From Candidatus Ozemobacteraceae bacterium (GTDB lineage Bacteria > Muiribacteriota > Ozemobacteria > Ozemobacterales > Ozemobacteraceae): 64,000 nucleotides of DNA. The notes under the pieces were generated by a model that made no database searches, had not been told where the DNA came from, and saw nothing but the letters and a program-made list of their open reading frames with translations. Location: positions 4,192,001 to 4,256,000 of the forward strand of contig OZ223236.1 of the NCBI GenBank assembly GCA_965140445.1, in the 5' to 3' direction. Numbering within the stretch: the stretch's first letter is position 1; each line of letters opens with the position of its first letter. Shown here piece after piece: positions 29,167 through 39,171 of this stretch. The translations under genes and the position numbers were made by a program.

Positions 29167-30048
29167 TTATTGGTCTATTTTTGTTTTCAAATATTTGTAA
29201 AGAAGTTCCCAGGTTTCGTCACCTTTGATGTCGGCCATAACCTGATTGAAAAGATCATAAGCTTCTTTCTGGTTCTCAAGCTTCTCAAGCAGCTCGCCCT
29301 TGGTGCATAGCGCTGGTGGATAATCGGGTTCTTCTTCCAAAACCTTTTCAATTTCAGTAAGACTTTCCTGATATTTTCCCAGCTGAAGGAGAGCATCACA
29401 ATAATTGTTTCTTGCTTTTGAATCTTCTGGACGGTATTCAAGAGTTATTGCCCATTCCTTGGCAGCCACTTCAAAATTACCCATATCATAACTTGTATTG
29501 GCAAGATTGTAGTGATAATCAGGATCTTCAGGATAAATTTCTATTGCTTTCAAAAACTCTTCAACCGCATTCTCAAGCTGGTTTGTTTGATGATACGAAA
29601 GCCCTAAATAATGATGAACATCAGCAGCACCAGGATTAATTCGTGCAGCTTCTTTTAAAGCTTTTATAGCTTCCCGCATGAAACCTTTCTGAAAATGGTG
29701 ATATCCAAGATTGAAATATGCATGGTCAAAGTCTGGTTTAACCTTGATTGCTTCGTGCCAGTAATGCACAGCCTTTTCATGCATTTCCATTTTGTAATAA
29801 GTGTTTCCCAGATTGTATAGAGCTTTGTAATAATCAGGTTTGATATCCAAAGCAGCATGATATTGCTCAATAGCTTCGTCATACTTGTCAATTTTAAAGT
29901 AATGATTTCCTAATTCTTTGAGCAATTCAGGATTTTTGGGGGATGCTTTAACTAATTCTGTAATTTCTTCCAACGTTTTCTCCATAATAGATTCTCTTGA
30001 ATTTGAATTTTCACTCTGTGACCCCAGAGATTTTTTTTGGTCTTCCAT
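29167..30048 (-). CDS. Cytoplasmic TPR protein
   Basis: Several canonical TPRs (ALYNLGNTYY, AYFNLG, YHYNLAN). Likely start MEDQKK. Confidence 0.88.
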   Translation of the reverse strand: MEDQKKSLGSQSENSNSRESIMEKTLEEITELVKASPKNPELLKELGNHYFKIDKYDEAIEQYHAALDIKPDYYKALYNLGNTYYKMEMHEKAVHYWHEAIKVKPDFDHAYFNLGYHHFQKGFMREAIKALKEAARINPGAADVHHYLGLSYHQTNQLENAVEEFLKAIEIYPEDPDYHYNLANTSYDMGNFEVAAKEWAITLEYRPEDSKARNNYCDALLQLGKYQESLTEIEKVLEEEPDYPPALCTKGELLEKLENQKEAYDLFNQVMADIKGDETWELLYKYLKTKIDQ

Positions 30049-30129
30049 ACATTTTTCCTTGAGGAAAGAATTGTCTCTTAGGTATTCTATACGAAACAAT
30101 TCTTGATAGCAAGGGTAAGGCACCAACAA

Positions 30130-32436
30130 ATGAGTTTTTTTTCCAAAAAAATGTTCTTGAAACAGGTTCTATGCACGGTATGTCTGACCGCATACATGGC
30201 TTTTTTTCCTTTAAACAAAGGATTAGCGCAATCTACAACCATTGAGTTGTGGGATTTTCCTAGGTGGACGGAGGAGCTTGATAAAACAGACAGGTTTGTT
30301 TGGGCAAAAAGAAAGATTGCCGAATTCGAAAAACTAAATCCTCAGATAAAAGTAAAGTTCACCAAACTTACATGGAAAAGAGGAGCAGAAAAACTGAAGA
30401 TAGCGGCAATCGGGGGAAATTACCCAGATGTTGCAGCCGGAGCCATACCACTTTTATTCATAAACGAAAACTTAATTGAACCAATAAACGACTATCTTAC
30501 AGATTTTGATAAACAGGATTATTTCCCGGGAGCACTTGACGCCTTTAAAATTGGGGAAAAAATATATGGCTGGCCATGGTATATGAGCGGTCAGCTTCTA
30601 TTTGCAAACACTAGTATTTGCGCCTCGGCTGGCGTAGAACTTCCTGAATCAGGAAGATGGACCCATGAAGAATTTACCCGGAGCTTGGAAAAAATAAAAA
30701 ATTACATGGACACTGGAATCCCTGTAAGTCAATCTTCAAATAGCTTATCACACGGTATGGAACCTAAATATGAGCCTCTTACACCCAAAGGTGCATACCC
30801 ATTTGGAGTTTATTTTCAAAAGGGTGAAACAGCGAACTTCCCGTTTCTATTAAACTTTGGTGGCCGTTGGATAAGTAAGGATAATAAGTTCGCTGGAACA
30901 AGTCCAGAAATTAAAGCAGCTTTTGTATGGTTAAAATCTCTTATTGAAAAGGGCTTGGCACCCTCTGATAGTGGTGGAAGAAAAGACAAAGATATCTGGA
31001 CCGCATTTGGCAAAGAACAGAGAATAGCAATTGCAGCCTTTGGTTTGTGGGGAATAAAGGCCTTAAAGCAATCAAAAATTGATTTTCAGGTAATGCATTA
31101 CCCCCAAAAGCCTGGTAAAACAGGCGGACCATTCATTGGAACTTCAGGATTTTTTGTTTTTAAAAAGGAAAACAACAGTAAAAAAGACGCTGCAATGAAA
31201 CTCGCAAAGTTTCTAACTCTTGCAGAATCGCAAAAAGAACTTGTCAAGTATTCTCAGTTTCCTACCAGAAAAAGTGCTGGAAACATTTACGAAGGCGATC
31301 CACACATGTCCAAAGCTCTGAACATCCTTTCTGAAGGAAGAACCGTTTTTTCAGATACCAGATGGGATAAAATTGACGAAGAAATCGAAGCCTCAATTCA
31401 GGAAATCCTTCTTAATAGAAAAACCATTGAGACTGGAATGAGCAAAACCGGAGATCGCATTAATGGTTTCCTGGCCAATAAATCAGGTTCAATTCGCGAT
31501 GATATACGAAAAGGTAGTATCGTTGGACGTATTTTTCTGATTCTTTTCCTCGCTTCTATTATTTTCGCTCTCTATTCAAGGCAAATTCATCTATTTATGG
31601 TTATCCCAGCCATTGTAATAATTGGATTATTTTTGTTTTACCCTTTAACAGACGCTTTAGTGCTAGCTTTTAGAAACTATAGAATTGGAGAAGTTGGTAG
31701 TTACACACTTGAAAACTTCATTAGAGCCATTGAAGACCCCAGATTCGTAAAAGCCTGCAAAAACACATTGCTATACACTCTCGTAGTTGTTCCTGCAAAT
31801 GTCTTTACTGCACTGGTTGTAGCAAGTTTGATTTATTCTCTTTCAGGAAAAATGAAAAGCTTCTTTAGAGCGGCATATTATCTTCCTGGAGTTGCTTCCG
31901 TAGTTGTTTTATCAATGATATGGCGATGGATTTTCAATACCGAAGTTGGGCTTTTTAACACGGTATTACGCTATCTTCACATGCAGCCAGTCGGATGGTT
32001 GACGAACCCGGATATTGCATTCAATTCAATAATTCTTGCAGGAATTCTAAAATCTCCAGGAGGAGCAATGCTTATCTATCTGGCTTCCCTGGGTAATATT
32101 CCCAAGTCTTTATACGAGTCAGCAGATCTGGACGGAGCAAACGCTGTTCAGAAATGGTGGAACATTACAGTCCCCCTTCTAAGAGGAACAACTGCATTTT
32201 TGATTATCACTGGCACAATTGCTTCACTTCAGGTATTTGCTCAAGTCCTTATGCTTACCGACGGTGGTCCTGGAATTTCGACAGAGGTAGTTGTTTATAG
32301 GATTTACACTTCTGCATTTAGAGATTTTGACTTTGGATTATCTTCCGCAATGGCTTTAATGCTGTTCTTTGTAATTCTGGTTGTAACAATAATTCAAAAG
32401 AAAGTAACGAATAAAGATGTGGAGTACCTGGCATGA
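30130..32436 (+). CDS. Carbohydrate ABC transporter: solute-binding domain fused to a MalF-like permease
   Basis: N-terminal SBP (EFEKLNPQIKV, GKIYGWPW-like), C-terminal permease (FFRAAYYLP, GWL, LYESADLDGA EAA loop). Confidence 0.88.
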   Translation: MSFFSKKMFLKQVLCTVCLTAYMAFFPLNKGLAQSTTIELWDFPRWTEELDKTDRFVWAKRKIAEFEKLNPQIKVKFTKLTWKRGAEKLKIAAIGGNYPDVAAGAIPLLFINENLIEPINDYLTDFDKQDYFPGALDAFKIGEKIYGWPWYMSGQLLFANTSICASAGVELPESGRWTHEEFTRSLEKIKNYMDTGIPVSQSSNSLSHGMEPKYEPLTPKGAYPFGVYFQKGETANFPFLLNFGGRWISKDNKFAGTSPEIKAAFVWLKSLIEKGLAPSDSGGRKDKDIWTAFGKEQRIAIAAFGLWGIKALKQSKIDFQVMHYPQKPGKTGGPFIGTSGFFVFKKENNSKKDAAMKLAKFLTLAESQKELVKYSQFPTRKSAGNIYEGDPHMSKALNILSEGRTVFSDTRWDKIDEEIEASIQEILLNRKTIETGMSKTGDRINGFLANKSGSIRDDIRKGSIVGRIFLILFLASIIFALYSRQIHLFMVIPAIVIIGLFLFYPLTDALVLAFRNYRIGEVGSYTLENFIRAIEDPRFVKACKNTLLYTLVVVPANVFTALVVASLIYSLSGKMKSFFRAAYYLPGVASVVVLSMIWRWIFNTEVGLFNTVLRYLHMQPVGWLTNPDIAFNSIILAGILKSPGGAMLIYLASLGNIPKSLYESADLDGANAVQKWWNITVPLLRGTTAFLIITGTIASLQVFAQVLMLTDGGPGISTEVVVYRIYTSAFRDFDFGLSSAMALMLFFVILVVTIIQKKVTNKDVEYLA

Positions 32437-33248
32437 ACAACTATAAATTTTGGAAAAATATTTCAATCATCTTCTTGTTCATTGGTTTAATAATGACTGC
32501 TGGTCCATTAGTATGGATGGTATTCACAGCTTTTACTTCGCCAGAAGGTCTTGCTAAAAGTCCGCCAGAATATGGATCTTTTTCACTGGAAAACTTCAAG
32601 GTTCTACTTACTGCAGGCGGAATTACCAGATGGGCTATTAACTCCTTCATTATTTCACTGGCAATCACCCTTTCGCAAACCTTTTTCAACAGCCTTGCTG
32701 CATTTGGTTTTTCGGTTGGAAATTTTAGGGGTAAAGATTTTATCTTTATGATTTTGCTTGGTGCAATGATGGTTCCGGGACAAATTGTGATGCTGCCTCT
32801 TTTCCTGTTCATGTCGAAGTGGAATCTAATCGACAGCCTTTGGGCAGTTGTGCTTCCAGCAATGGCTGCGCCCTTTGGAATTTATATGGTTAAGCAATAC
32901 ATGGATTCTGTTCCAAATGAGCTATTGCAAGCTGCCAGAATAGATGGGGCAACCGATTTGCAAATTTATATGCAAATCTACGGGCCACTTTGCAAACCAA
33001 TTCTGGCAACTTCAGGTATTTTTGTATTTATGGCTCAATGGAACGCTTTTCTTTGGCCCCTGGTAACGTTGAATAGTGAAAGCAACTACACCTTAACAGT
33101 TGGTCTATCAACATTACAGGATCAGCAATTGATGGACTATGGATTACTTATGGCTGGCGCCACACTGGCAGCAATTCCTATGGTTCTGGTATTTCTTTAC
33201 TTCTCAAAACACTTGTTAGAAGGCATGAGAAGTGGAGCTATTAAATGA
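32433..33248 (+). CDS. Carbohydrate ABC transporter permease (MalG-like)
   Basis: MMVPGQ, ELLQAARIDGA, WNAFLWPL. Confidence 0.93.
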   Translation: MNNYKFWKNISIIFLFIGLIMTAGPLVWMVFTAFTSPEGLAKSPPEYGSFSLENFKVLLTAGGITRWAINSFIISLAITLSQTFFNSLAAFGFSVGNFRGKDFIFMILLGAMMVPGQIVMLPLFLFMSKWNLIDSLWAVVLPAMAAPFGIYMVKQYMDSVPNELLQAARIDGATDLQIYMQIYGPLCKPILATSGIFVFMAQWNAFLWPLVTLNSESNYTLTVGLSTLQDQQLMDYGLLMAGATLAAIPMVLVFLYFSKHLLEGMRSGAIK

Positions 33249-34240
33249 CACATTCCGATTTTGTTAGTTTCGACTGGGGTGGCACCTCTTACAAAGGATT
33301 GCTCCTGTTGAATGAAACCAAAAAATTGGTCAGCTTTGCCGGACCATCTAAAAACATACGTCAATGCTCAGATAATGAACTTGATCAATATTGTCAAACA
33401 TTTCTCACCCAGATCAAACAACTGTCTCCACATGCTTCACTGGAAATATTTGGTGGAGTAGCTGGAGGTGGAAGTCAGCAAACCTTAAAAAAAATGGCAC
33501 TTTTTTTGGAGAAAGATCCAAACGTAGTTAGAGTTAATCTTTACCCCGATTGTATTGCTAACCTGCACGCAGCTTTCCCGGATGGCAACGGAATACTATC
33601 CATAAACGGAACCGGCTCAATTCTGGTTTACAAAAGTAATGGTGTTGCCAGAATAAATGGCGGACATGGATATTTGATCGATAAAGCGCCTTCCGGTGCT
33701 GCATATGGGCAGGCAATCATTTCTGCATTGTTAAAATTCCATGACGGGAATGAAAGTTTTACTGATGTTTTCCGGTTAGTAACCGCAAATGATAAAAATC
33801 CATGCGTAAAATCCAGAGAAACTTTGTTAGAAGAACTTTATCAAACCAAATCTCCGCAATCATTCTTGGCCAGCTTTTCTCCTTTTTTAACAGAGCTGGC
33901 ATTAACGGGTAATAAATGGGCTAACAGACAGATAGAATTGAGTCTAAATCATCTGATAGAACAAATTGCATTAATCAAAAACTCATCTCTAGAAGCTGGA
34001 CAAACCATGCAGGGAATTTGCCTTGCCGGTGGGTTATGGGATTACTACCCTCCTTTAAAAAATAAGCTCTTAGCATTAATTTGCCAGAATAAAATTGATT
34101 TAGAGATAGTTTCCGCGCCATTTAGCAATCTAATAGGACCAATTCTTGAAGGATTAAAAAATCAACCCGAAGTGAACAATATTTTTAAGAATTTTGTCGC
34201 TTTGGCAAAAGAGGAAAAGCAACATGACTTCCAACAATGA
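33245..34240 (+). CDS. BadF/BadG-type N-acetyl amino sugar kinase (MurK/NagK-like)
   Basis: FDWGGT, GVAG, INGTGS, GGHGYLI, LAGG; lies upstream of murQ. Confidence 0.72.
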   Translation: MTHSDFVSFDWGGTSYKGLLLLNETKKLVSFAGPSKNIRQCSDNELDQYCQTFLTQIKQLSPHASLEIFGGVAGGGSQQTLKKMALFLEKDPNVVRVNLYPDCIANLHAAFPDGNGILSINGTGSILVYKSNGVARINGGHGYLIDKAPSGAAYGQAIISALLKFHDGNESFTDVFRLVTANDKNPCVKSRETLLEELYQTKSPQSFLASFSPFLTELALTGNKWANRQIELSLNHLIEQIALIKNSSLEAGQTMQGICLAGGLWDYYPPLKNKLLALICQNKIDLEIVSAPFSNLIGPILEGLKNQPEVNNIFKNFVALAKEEKQHDFQQ

Positions 34241-35144
34241 TTCAAAAAAGCAACTTCCATTGACCGAGACAAGAAATCCCAGAACAATGCATATAGATAG
34301 ACTTCCAACCAGACAGCTTGTAAAAACAATTATTCAAGAAGATATGGCAATTGTATCTGCAGTAGAAGCCTGTTCAGAAAACATTTCACAGGTAGTAGAT
34401 CGATGTGTGACAAGCTTAAAAGCCGGGGGAAGAATTGTTTATATTGGCGCAGGAACCTCTGGTCGCCTTGGTGTTCTTGATGCCTCAGAATGTCCTCCAA
34501 CATTTGGAGTATCTCCTGAAACTGTCGTTGCAATCATAGCTGGTGGCGAGAAGGCAGTCACTCATGCCGCTGAAGGCGCTGAAGACGATAGAGAAGCCGG
34601 AGTTAAAGACCTGAAAGAAATAAATCTTTCCCAGGATGATTTTTTAATTGGAATAACCGCTTCCGGAACTACGCCTTACGTGGCTTCAGGTCTGGAATAT
34701 GCAAAAAGCATTGGCACTGGAACCAGCCTTTTAACCTGCAATCCTTACGGGAAGCTTCCCGAAGTTGATATTTTAATAAACCCAGTTGTTGGCCCGGAGG
34801 TTATTTCAGGTTCAACTCGCATGAAAAGCGGAACTGCATGCAAGATGGTTTTAAACATTATTTCTTCTGGGGCAATGATCAGAATAGGAAAGGTTTATGA
34901 AAACCTAATGGTAGATGTAATGGCGACGAACGAGAAACTCAGAAAACGAGCATTACGAATTGTTATGGAAGGAGCAGGAGTTCCTAATTATCAAGCAGAG
35001 GCTGCGTTAGACGAAGCCAACGGCAACACAAAACTGGCAATATTAATGGCAAGTCAGGAACTTTCGCTGGTAGAGGCCAGAAAAAGACTGGAACTTGCAA
35101 ATGGGGTTCTTTACAAGGCCCTCGGAGAGCCTGATTATGCTTAA
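34224..35144 (+). CDS. murQ: N-acetylmuramic acid 6-phosphate etherase
   Basis: TETRNP, GAGTSGRLGVLDASECPPTFG, EGAED, GPEVISGSTRMKSGT, NLMVDV. Confidence 0.96.
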   Translation: MTSNNDSKKQLPLTETRNPRTMHIDRLPTRQLVKTIIQEDMAIVSAVEACSENISQVVDRCVTSLKAGGRIVYIGAGTSGRLGVLDASECPPTFGVSPETVVAIIAGGEKAVTHAAEGAEDDREAGVKDLKEINLSQDDFLIGITASGTTPYVASGLEYAKSIGTGTSLLTCNPYGKLPEVDILINPVVGPEVISGSTRMKSGTACKMVLNIISSGAMIRIGKVYENLMVDVMATNEKLRKRALRIVMEGAGVPNYQAEAALDEANGNTKLAILMASQELSLVEARKRLELANGVLYKALGEPDYA

Positions 35145-36705
35145 ACCATCTGTTTGGATTAGTTTTGCAATTGCCATAATTTTTCAGATTTCATTTTTTC
35201 CCGGTAGCTATGCCGGGCAAGAGCCTCTTGTCTCTGTTAGGGTTGGAGAGTTTGCCTCAGAATTTGAGTTCTCCATGCCAAATGGCGGAGAATGGCATAG
35301 TGAAAAGCTTAATGGGACCATTCCCAAAGGAACAATTTGTAAAGTTTCAGGAAAACTACTTAATGAATCTCAAAGAACCTTTCATTTAATGATTGGGTCC
35401 TGCGACCAATCAGATAAGAAAAAAATGGACGAACTTGAAAGTAAGTTTAAAGCTTCTGGCCTGGACTCCTACCAGTTTATACTTAAATCAGACCGCTCAA
35501 ATCTTCCTGGAAAAACCACCATTTTTTTTGGTGTGAGTAATTTTAATGAAATAGAGAAAGCCAGAGAAGCGCAACAGAACCTCTCTGAAAAAGGCATCTC
35601 CAGTTGGATATTTATTGAAACAAAAAAACTTTCTATGGGTGATATTCACCTCAAAATAGGAAAAAAGAACATCAATGGAAAGTTAAAAAAATTGACTCTC
35701 AAACCAAACAAAAATATAGAGATAAAAAAGGTAGAATACGCAAAGGGTTTCAGTTGGCATGGATTTGAAAACAGAACATTCCCCGGTTCTATAGACGTAT
35801 TCTGGGGAGCAGAAAATAAAATTAACACCGTCCTGAAAATACCACTGGAAAAATTTATCGCCGGAATTGTTCCATCTGAAATTTCTGCCAAAGCACCCCC
35901 TGCAGCGCTTCAAGCACAAGCTGTCGCCGCCCGTGGAGAAATGCTCTCCAAAATGGGTCTCAGACACTTTGGAGAAGGCTATGACTTTTGCACAGAGCAA
36001 CATTGCCAGGTCTATAAAGGAACAAATCCGACCGTAGAAAAAATTGCATCAATTATCAAACCAACTTCCGGACTTGTTATAAAAGCAAATAATGGCAGAA
36101 TCCTTGATGCCGTCTATGGAGCTAATTGCGGAGGCCATTCTTCTGCGAATCATATGATATGGACCTCTAACCCAGATCCTCATCTTCAGGGCGTTTTTGA
36201 TACAGTTAAAACTTCAAAACTTGATTTAACAGATGAAAAACAAGTTAAAAGTTTTATTTTACATCCACCAGCATGCTACTGTTCAAAGCCTGGCATAGAG
36301 GGTTCTGACAAATTTCGTTGGAAAAAAGTTTTCAGCAAAAAAGACCTTGGCACTCTGTCTGAAGAGCTCAAAATAGGACCAATTAAAAGGATTTCGGACT
36401 TTCAACGGGATGTTTCAGGAAGAATAGTAGGTTTGAAAATTTATGGCCAGAATGGAAGTAAAACAATATTAAAAGAGCTGCCTATAAGGCGTCTTTTTGG
36501 CATGCTAAGAAGTTCTTGTTTTGTAATTGATAGCCAAATAGATAAAACTGGAAATTTGAAACAACTGATTTTCCACGGAGCTGGTTGGGGTCATGGTGTT
36601 GGAATGTGCCAAACAGGTGCGCAAAGTATGGCCAAATTGGGTAAAAGCTATAAGGAAATCCTGGTTCATTATTTTCCAGGAGTATCATTTACAAGTTTGT
36701 ATTAA
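35137..36705 (+). CDS. SpoIID/LytB lytic transglycosylase with SPOR-like insert
   Basis: GIVPSEI, ALQAQAVAAR, CQVYKG, NCGGHS, LRSS, GWGHGVGMCQTGA..YKEILVHYFPG. Confidence 0.9.
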   Translation: MLKPSVWISFAIAIIFQISFFPGSYAGQEPLVSVRVGEFASEFEFSMPNGGEWHSEKLNGTIPKGTICKVSGKLLNESQRTFHLMIGSCDQSDKKKMDELESKFKASGLDSYQFILKSDRSNLPGKTTIFFGVSNFNEIEKAREAQQNLSEKGISSWIFIETKKLSMGDIHLKIGKKNINGKLKKLTLKPNKNIEIKKVEYAKGFSWHGFENRTFPGSIDVFWGAENKINTVLKIPLEKFIAGIVPSEISAKAPPAALQAQAVAARGEMLSKMGLRHFGEGYDFCTEQHCQVYKGTNPTVEKIASIIKPTSGLVIKANNGRILDAVYGANCGGHSSANHMIWTSNPDPHLQGVFDTVKTSKLDLTDEKQVKSFILHPPACYCSKPGIEGSDKFRWKKVFSKKDLGTLSEELKIGPIKRISDFQRDVSGRIVGLKIYGQNGSKTILKELPIRRLFGMLRSSCFVIDSQIDKTGNLKQLIFHGAGWGHGVGMCQTGAQSMAKLGKSYKEILVHYFPGVSFTSLY

Positions 36706-36729
36706 CAAAAAACAAATCACAGTCGATAA
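36702..36729 (+). promoter_or_regulatory. sigma28-like promoter
   Basis: TTAA-N16-GTCGATAA. Confidence 0.5.
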
Positions 36730-36762
36730 GAGAACTTGAAATTTATTTCAAGGAGTAGTCCA

Positions 36763-36933
36763 ATGAAATTAAAAAAACACATATGGCTCTTTGTTGCTGT
36801 AGCAATTGTGTTGTCACCGTTCTTTATGACTGGCTGTGGTTCGGACGATACGGAAGATGACAAAAAAGTTGGAGTCTACACTATCGGACCTGGGAATCTT
36901 GAAAAATTCCCCTCAGCGAGTGTGACTAAGTAA
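36763..36933 (+). CDS. Small lipoprotein (possibly the N-terminal part of a frameshifted gene)
   Basis: AGGAG RBS, MKLKK plus hydrophobic stretch plus MTG|C lipobox. Confidence 0.7.
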   Translation: MKLKKHIWLFVAVAIVLSPFFMTGCGSDDTEDDKKVGVYTIGPGNLEKFPSASVTK

Positions 36934-36934
36934 A

Positions 36935-37069
36935 ATGAAATCGATTAAGAGTGATCTTACTAATATCAGTTCAAAACGTATGAAAGATCTGGAAGATCTT
37001 GTTTTTAAAACATTTGAAGCCATGAATGACCTTTCAGAAATGTTTGATCAGATGAGGAATATTCACTAG
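36935..37069 (+). CDS. Small helical ORF (44 aa), possibly the C-terminal part of the upstream lipoprotein
   Basis: MKSIKSDLTNISSKRMKDLEDLVFKTFEAMNDLSEMFDQMRNIH; TAAAATG junction; followed by a terminator. Confidence 0.5.
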   Translation: MKSIKSDLTNISSKRMKDLEDLVFKTFEAMNDLSEMFDQMRNIH

Positions 37070-37092
37070 CCTAACCAAAAATCAAAGCCAGT

Positions 37093-37132
37093 TAAAAAGC
37101 AGCCCGACCTAAAACGGTCGGGCTGCTTTTTA
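37093..37132 (+). terminator. Intrinsic terminator
   Basis: AAAAAGCAGCCCGACC-N6-GGTCGGGCTGCTTTTT. Confidence 0.9.
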
Positions 37133-37194
37133 TTTAAAATAATGAAGTCTGAGGGCTATAAATTTATCCTTAGAAGTGCTAAAATGCTTGCATT

Positions 37195-38538
37195 ATGAAT
37201 CAGTCAAATACTACCCCACAATTTTTATTAACAACTTTTGGTTGCCAGATGAATCAAGCCGATGCACAGAGGCTTAGAGGAATTCTTGCAAAACTTGGCT
37301 ATCAGGAAACTACCGATGAAAACGAAGCTCAGCTGATTCTTTTCAATACTTGTTGCGTGAGGCAGCACGCCGAACAAAGACTAATCAGCCGAATTCAATC
37401 ACTAAATAGTTTAAAGAAAAAGAAGCCGGATCTTTTAATTGGAGTTTCCGGATGTCTTGCCCAGAACAAACAGGAAAAATTAATAGATATTCTTCCACTG
37501 GTGGATCTGGTCTTTGGGCCAAATGACATAGAACAGCTTCCATTATTACTTCAAAAAGCTAAAAATGAAACAACGCTTGGGGAGTTTGTAAACAAAGGCG
37601 CGTTTGATGGAGAAGAGGCTGACGGAATAATACTAAGCAGGCCATTTTCCGCCATGGTCAATATTATTCGCGGATGCACCAACTTTTGCTCTTACTGCAT
37701 AGTTCCTTACGTAAGAGGCCCGGAGATTTCCAGACCCATAGACGAGCTGGTTGCTTTCATAACAGACCTCTCACGCAAAGGCGTTAAAGAAATTACCCTC
37801 CTCGGACAAAATGTTAATGTTTATGGCAAGGACCTTGGATTGAATGAAGGTTTTGCCCTACTCTTAGAAAAAATTGAAAATATCGATGGAATTGAATGGG
37901 TTAGATTTATGACCTCCCATCCAAGAGACTTTTCTCTGGAAGCAATAAAAAGAATTTCTGCTCTAAAGAAAGTCTGTGAGCAATTTCACCTTCCAGTGCA
38001 AGCTGGGTCAGATATTGTTTTAAAAGAAATGCGACGCGGCTACACCCGCCAAAAATATCTCGAACTAGTGGATAACGTAAGAAAATACATTCCTGAAGTA
38101 AGCATCAGCACTGATATTATCTGTGGATTTCCATCAGAAACAGAAGAAGAATTCCAAAAAACACTCAGCATCGTAGAGCAAGTTCGCTATGAATCGGCTT
38201 TCATGTATTATTATTCTCCACGAGAAGGCACAAAAGCAGCAGAATTAGAACAAATTCCTGAAAACATAAGAAAAGAAAGACTTTCCAGACTTATTGAATT
38301 ACAAAATAAAATAGGTCTCGAAGAAAGCCAAAAAACCATTGGAAAAACCTTTCAGGTTCTGGTTGAAGGAATTTCTTCTAAAAATGAAAACCGCTTGATT
38401 GGCAAAACAAGAACAGGAAGAGCAATTGATTTTGAGGGTCCTAAAGATCTGATTGGTAGATTTGTCATGGTTAAAGTCACCCAGGCAAGAATCTGGACAG
38501 TTTCAGGCGAAATGGTAGAAGGAGTAACTCAAGTTTAA
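37195..38538 (+). CDS. miaB: tRNA-i6A37 methylthiotransferase MiaB
   Basis: TFGCQMN, NTCCVR, GCTNFCSYCIVPYVRG, LLGQNVN, RFMTSHPRD, TRAM domain. Confidence 0.95.
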   Translation: MNQSNTTPQFLLTTFGCQMNQADAQRLRGILAKLGYQETTDENEAQLILFNTCCVRQHAEQRLISRIQSLNSLKKKKPDLLIGVSGCLAQNKQEKLIDILPLVDLVFGPNDIEQLPLLLQKAKNETTLGEFVNKGAFDGEEADGIILSRPFSAMVNIIRGCTNFCSYCIVPYVRGPEISRPIDELVAFITDLSRKGVKEITLLGQNVNVYGKDLGLNEGFALLLEKIENIDGIEWVRFMTSHPRDFSLEAIKRISALKKVCEQFHLPVQAGSDIVLKEMRRGYTRQKYLELVDNVRKYIPEVSISTDIICGFPSETEEEFQKTLSIVEQVRYESAFMYYYSPREGTKAAELEQIPENIRKERLSRLIELQNKIGLEESQKTIGKTFQVLVEGISSKNENRLIGKTRTGRAIDFEGPKDLIGRFVMVKVTQARIWTVSGEMVEGVTQV

Positions 38539-39110
38539 TGTCTATTCTTCTTCATAGTTGTTGCGGTCCATGCCTTGGGGGAACATATCCCATGCTAAAA
38601 GAAAAGGCAGGAGATCAAAGAATTGCAACATTTTGGGACAATCCTAACATCCATCCGTATTTAGAATACAAAGACAGACTGGAGTCGTTTCAAAAAATGT
38701 CAAAAGAGTTCGGGTTGGAAATCTTTTATGGGGATTCCTCCTACGGACTTGATCGATTTATGACTGCATTAGCTGGAGAGTTTGGGCCCAAAAGATGTTC
38801 AATCTGTTATGAGCTAAGGCTTAATGCCCTGGCCAAAAAAGCTAGTGAGAATTCCTTTTCCAGTATTTCTACCACACTTCTGATAAGCCCTTATCAGAAT
38901 CATGAGAAATTAATTCAATCAGGTGAAAATGCTGCCAAAAAATACGGTCTGCACTTCTTCTATGCAGACTTTAGGCAAGTCTTTAAAGATACCCATAAAG
39001 CAATTGAAGAATACGAACTCTATAAACAAAAATACTGTGGATGTATTTTTAGCGAGTTTGATCGTTACAAAAATTCTCGAAAACATAAGTTGCCTGTACC
39101 AGAAAACTAA
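38538..39110 (+). CDS. queH: Epoxyqueuosine reductase QueH (DUF208)
   Basis: LLHSCCGPC, NPNIHPYLEY, RCSICYELRL, TTLLISPYQ, YKQKYCGCIFS. Confidence 0.9.
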   Translation: MSILLHSCCGPCLGGTYPMLKEKAGDQRIATFWDNPNIHPYLEYKDRLESFQKMSKEFGLEIFYGDSSYGLDRFMTALAGEFGPKRCSICYELRLNALAKKASENSFSSISTTLLISPYQNHEKLIQSGENAAKKYGLHFFYADFRQVFKDTHKAIEEYELYKQKYCGCIFSEFDRYKNSRKHKLPVPEN

Positions 39111-39171
39111 ATCCAGTCTATTTTTAACCCGTTTTAACTTTTGAAACATTTACTTTTGTAAGGATTTTATA

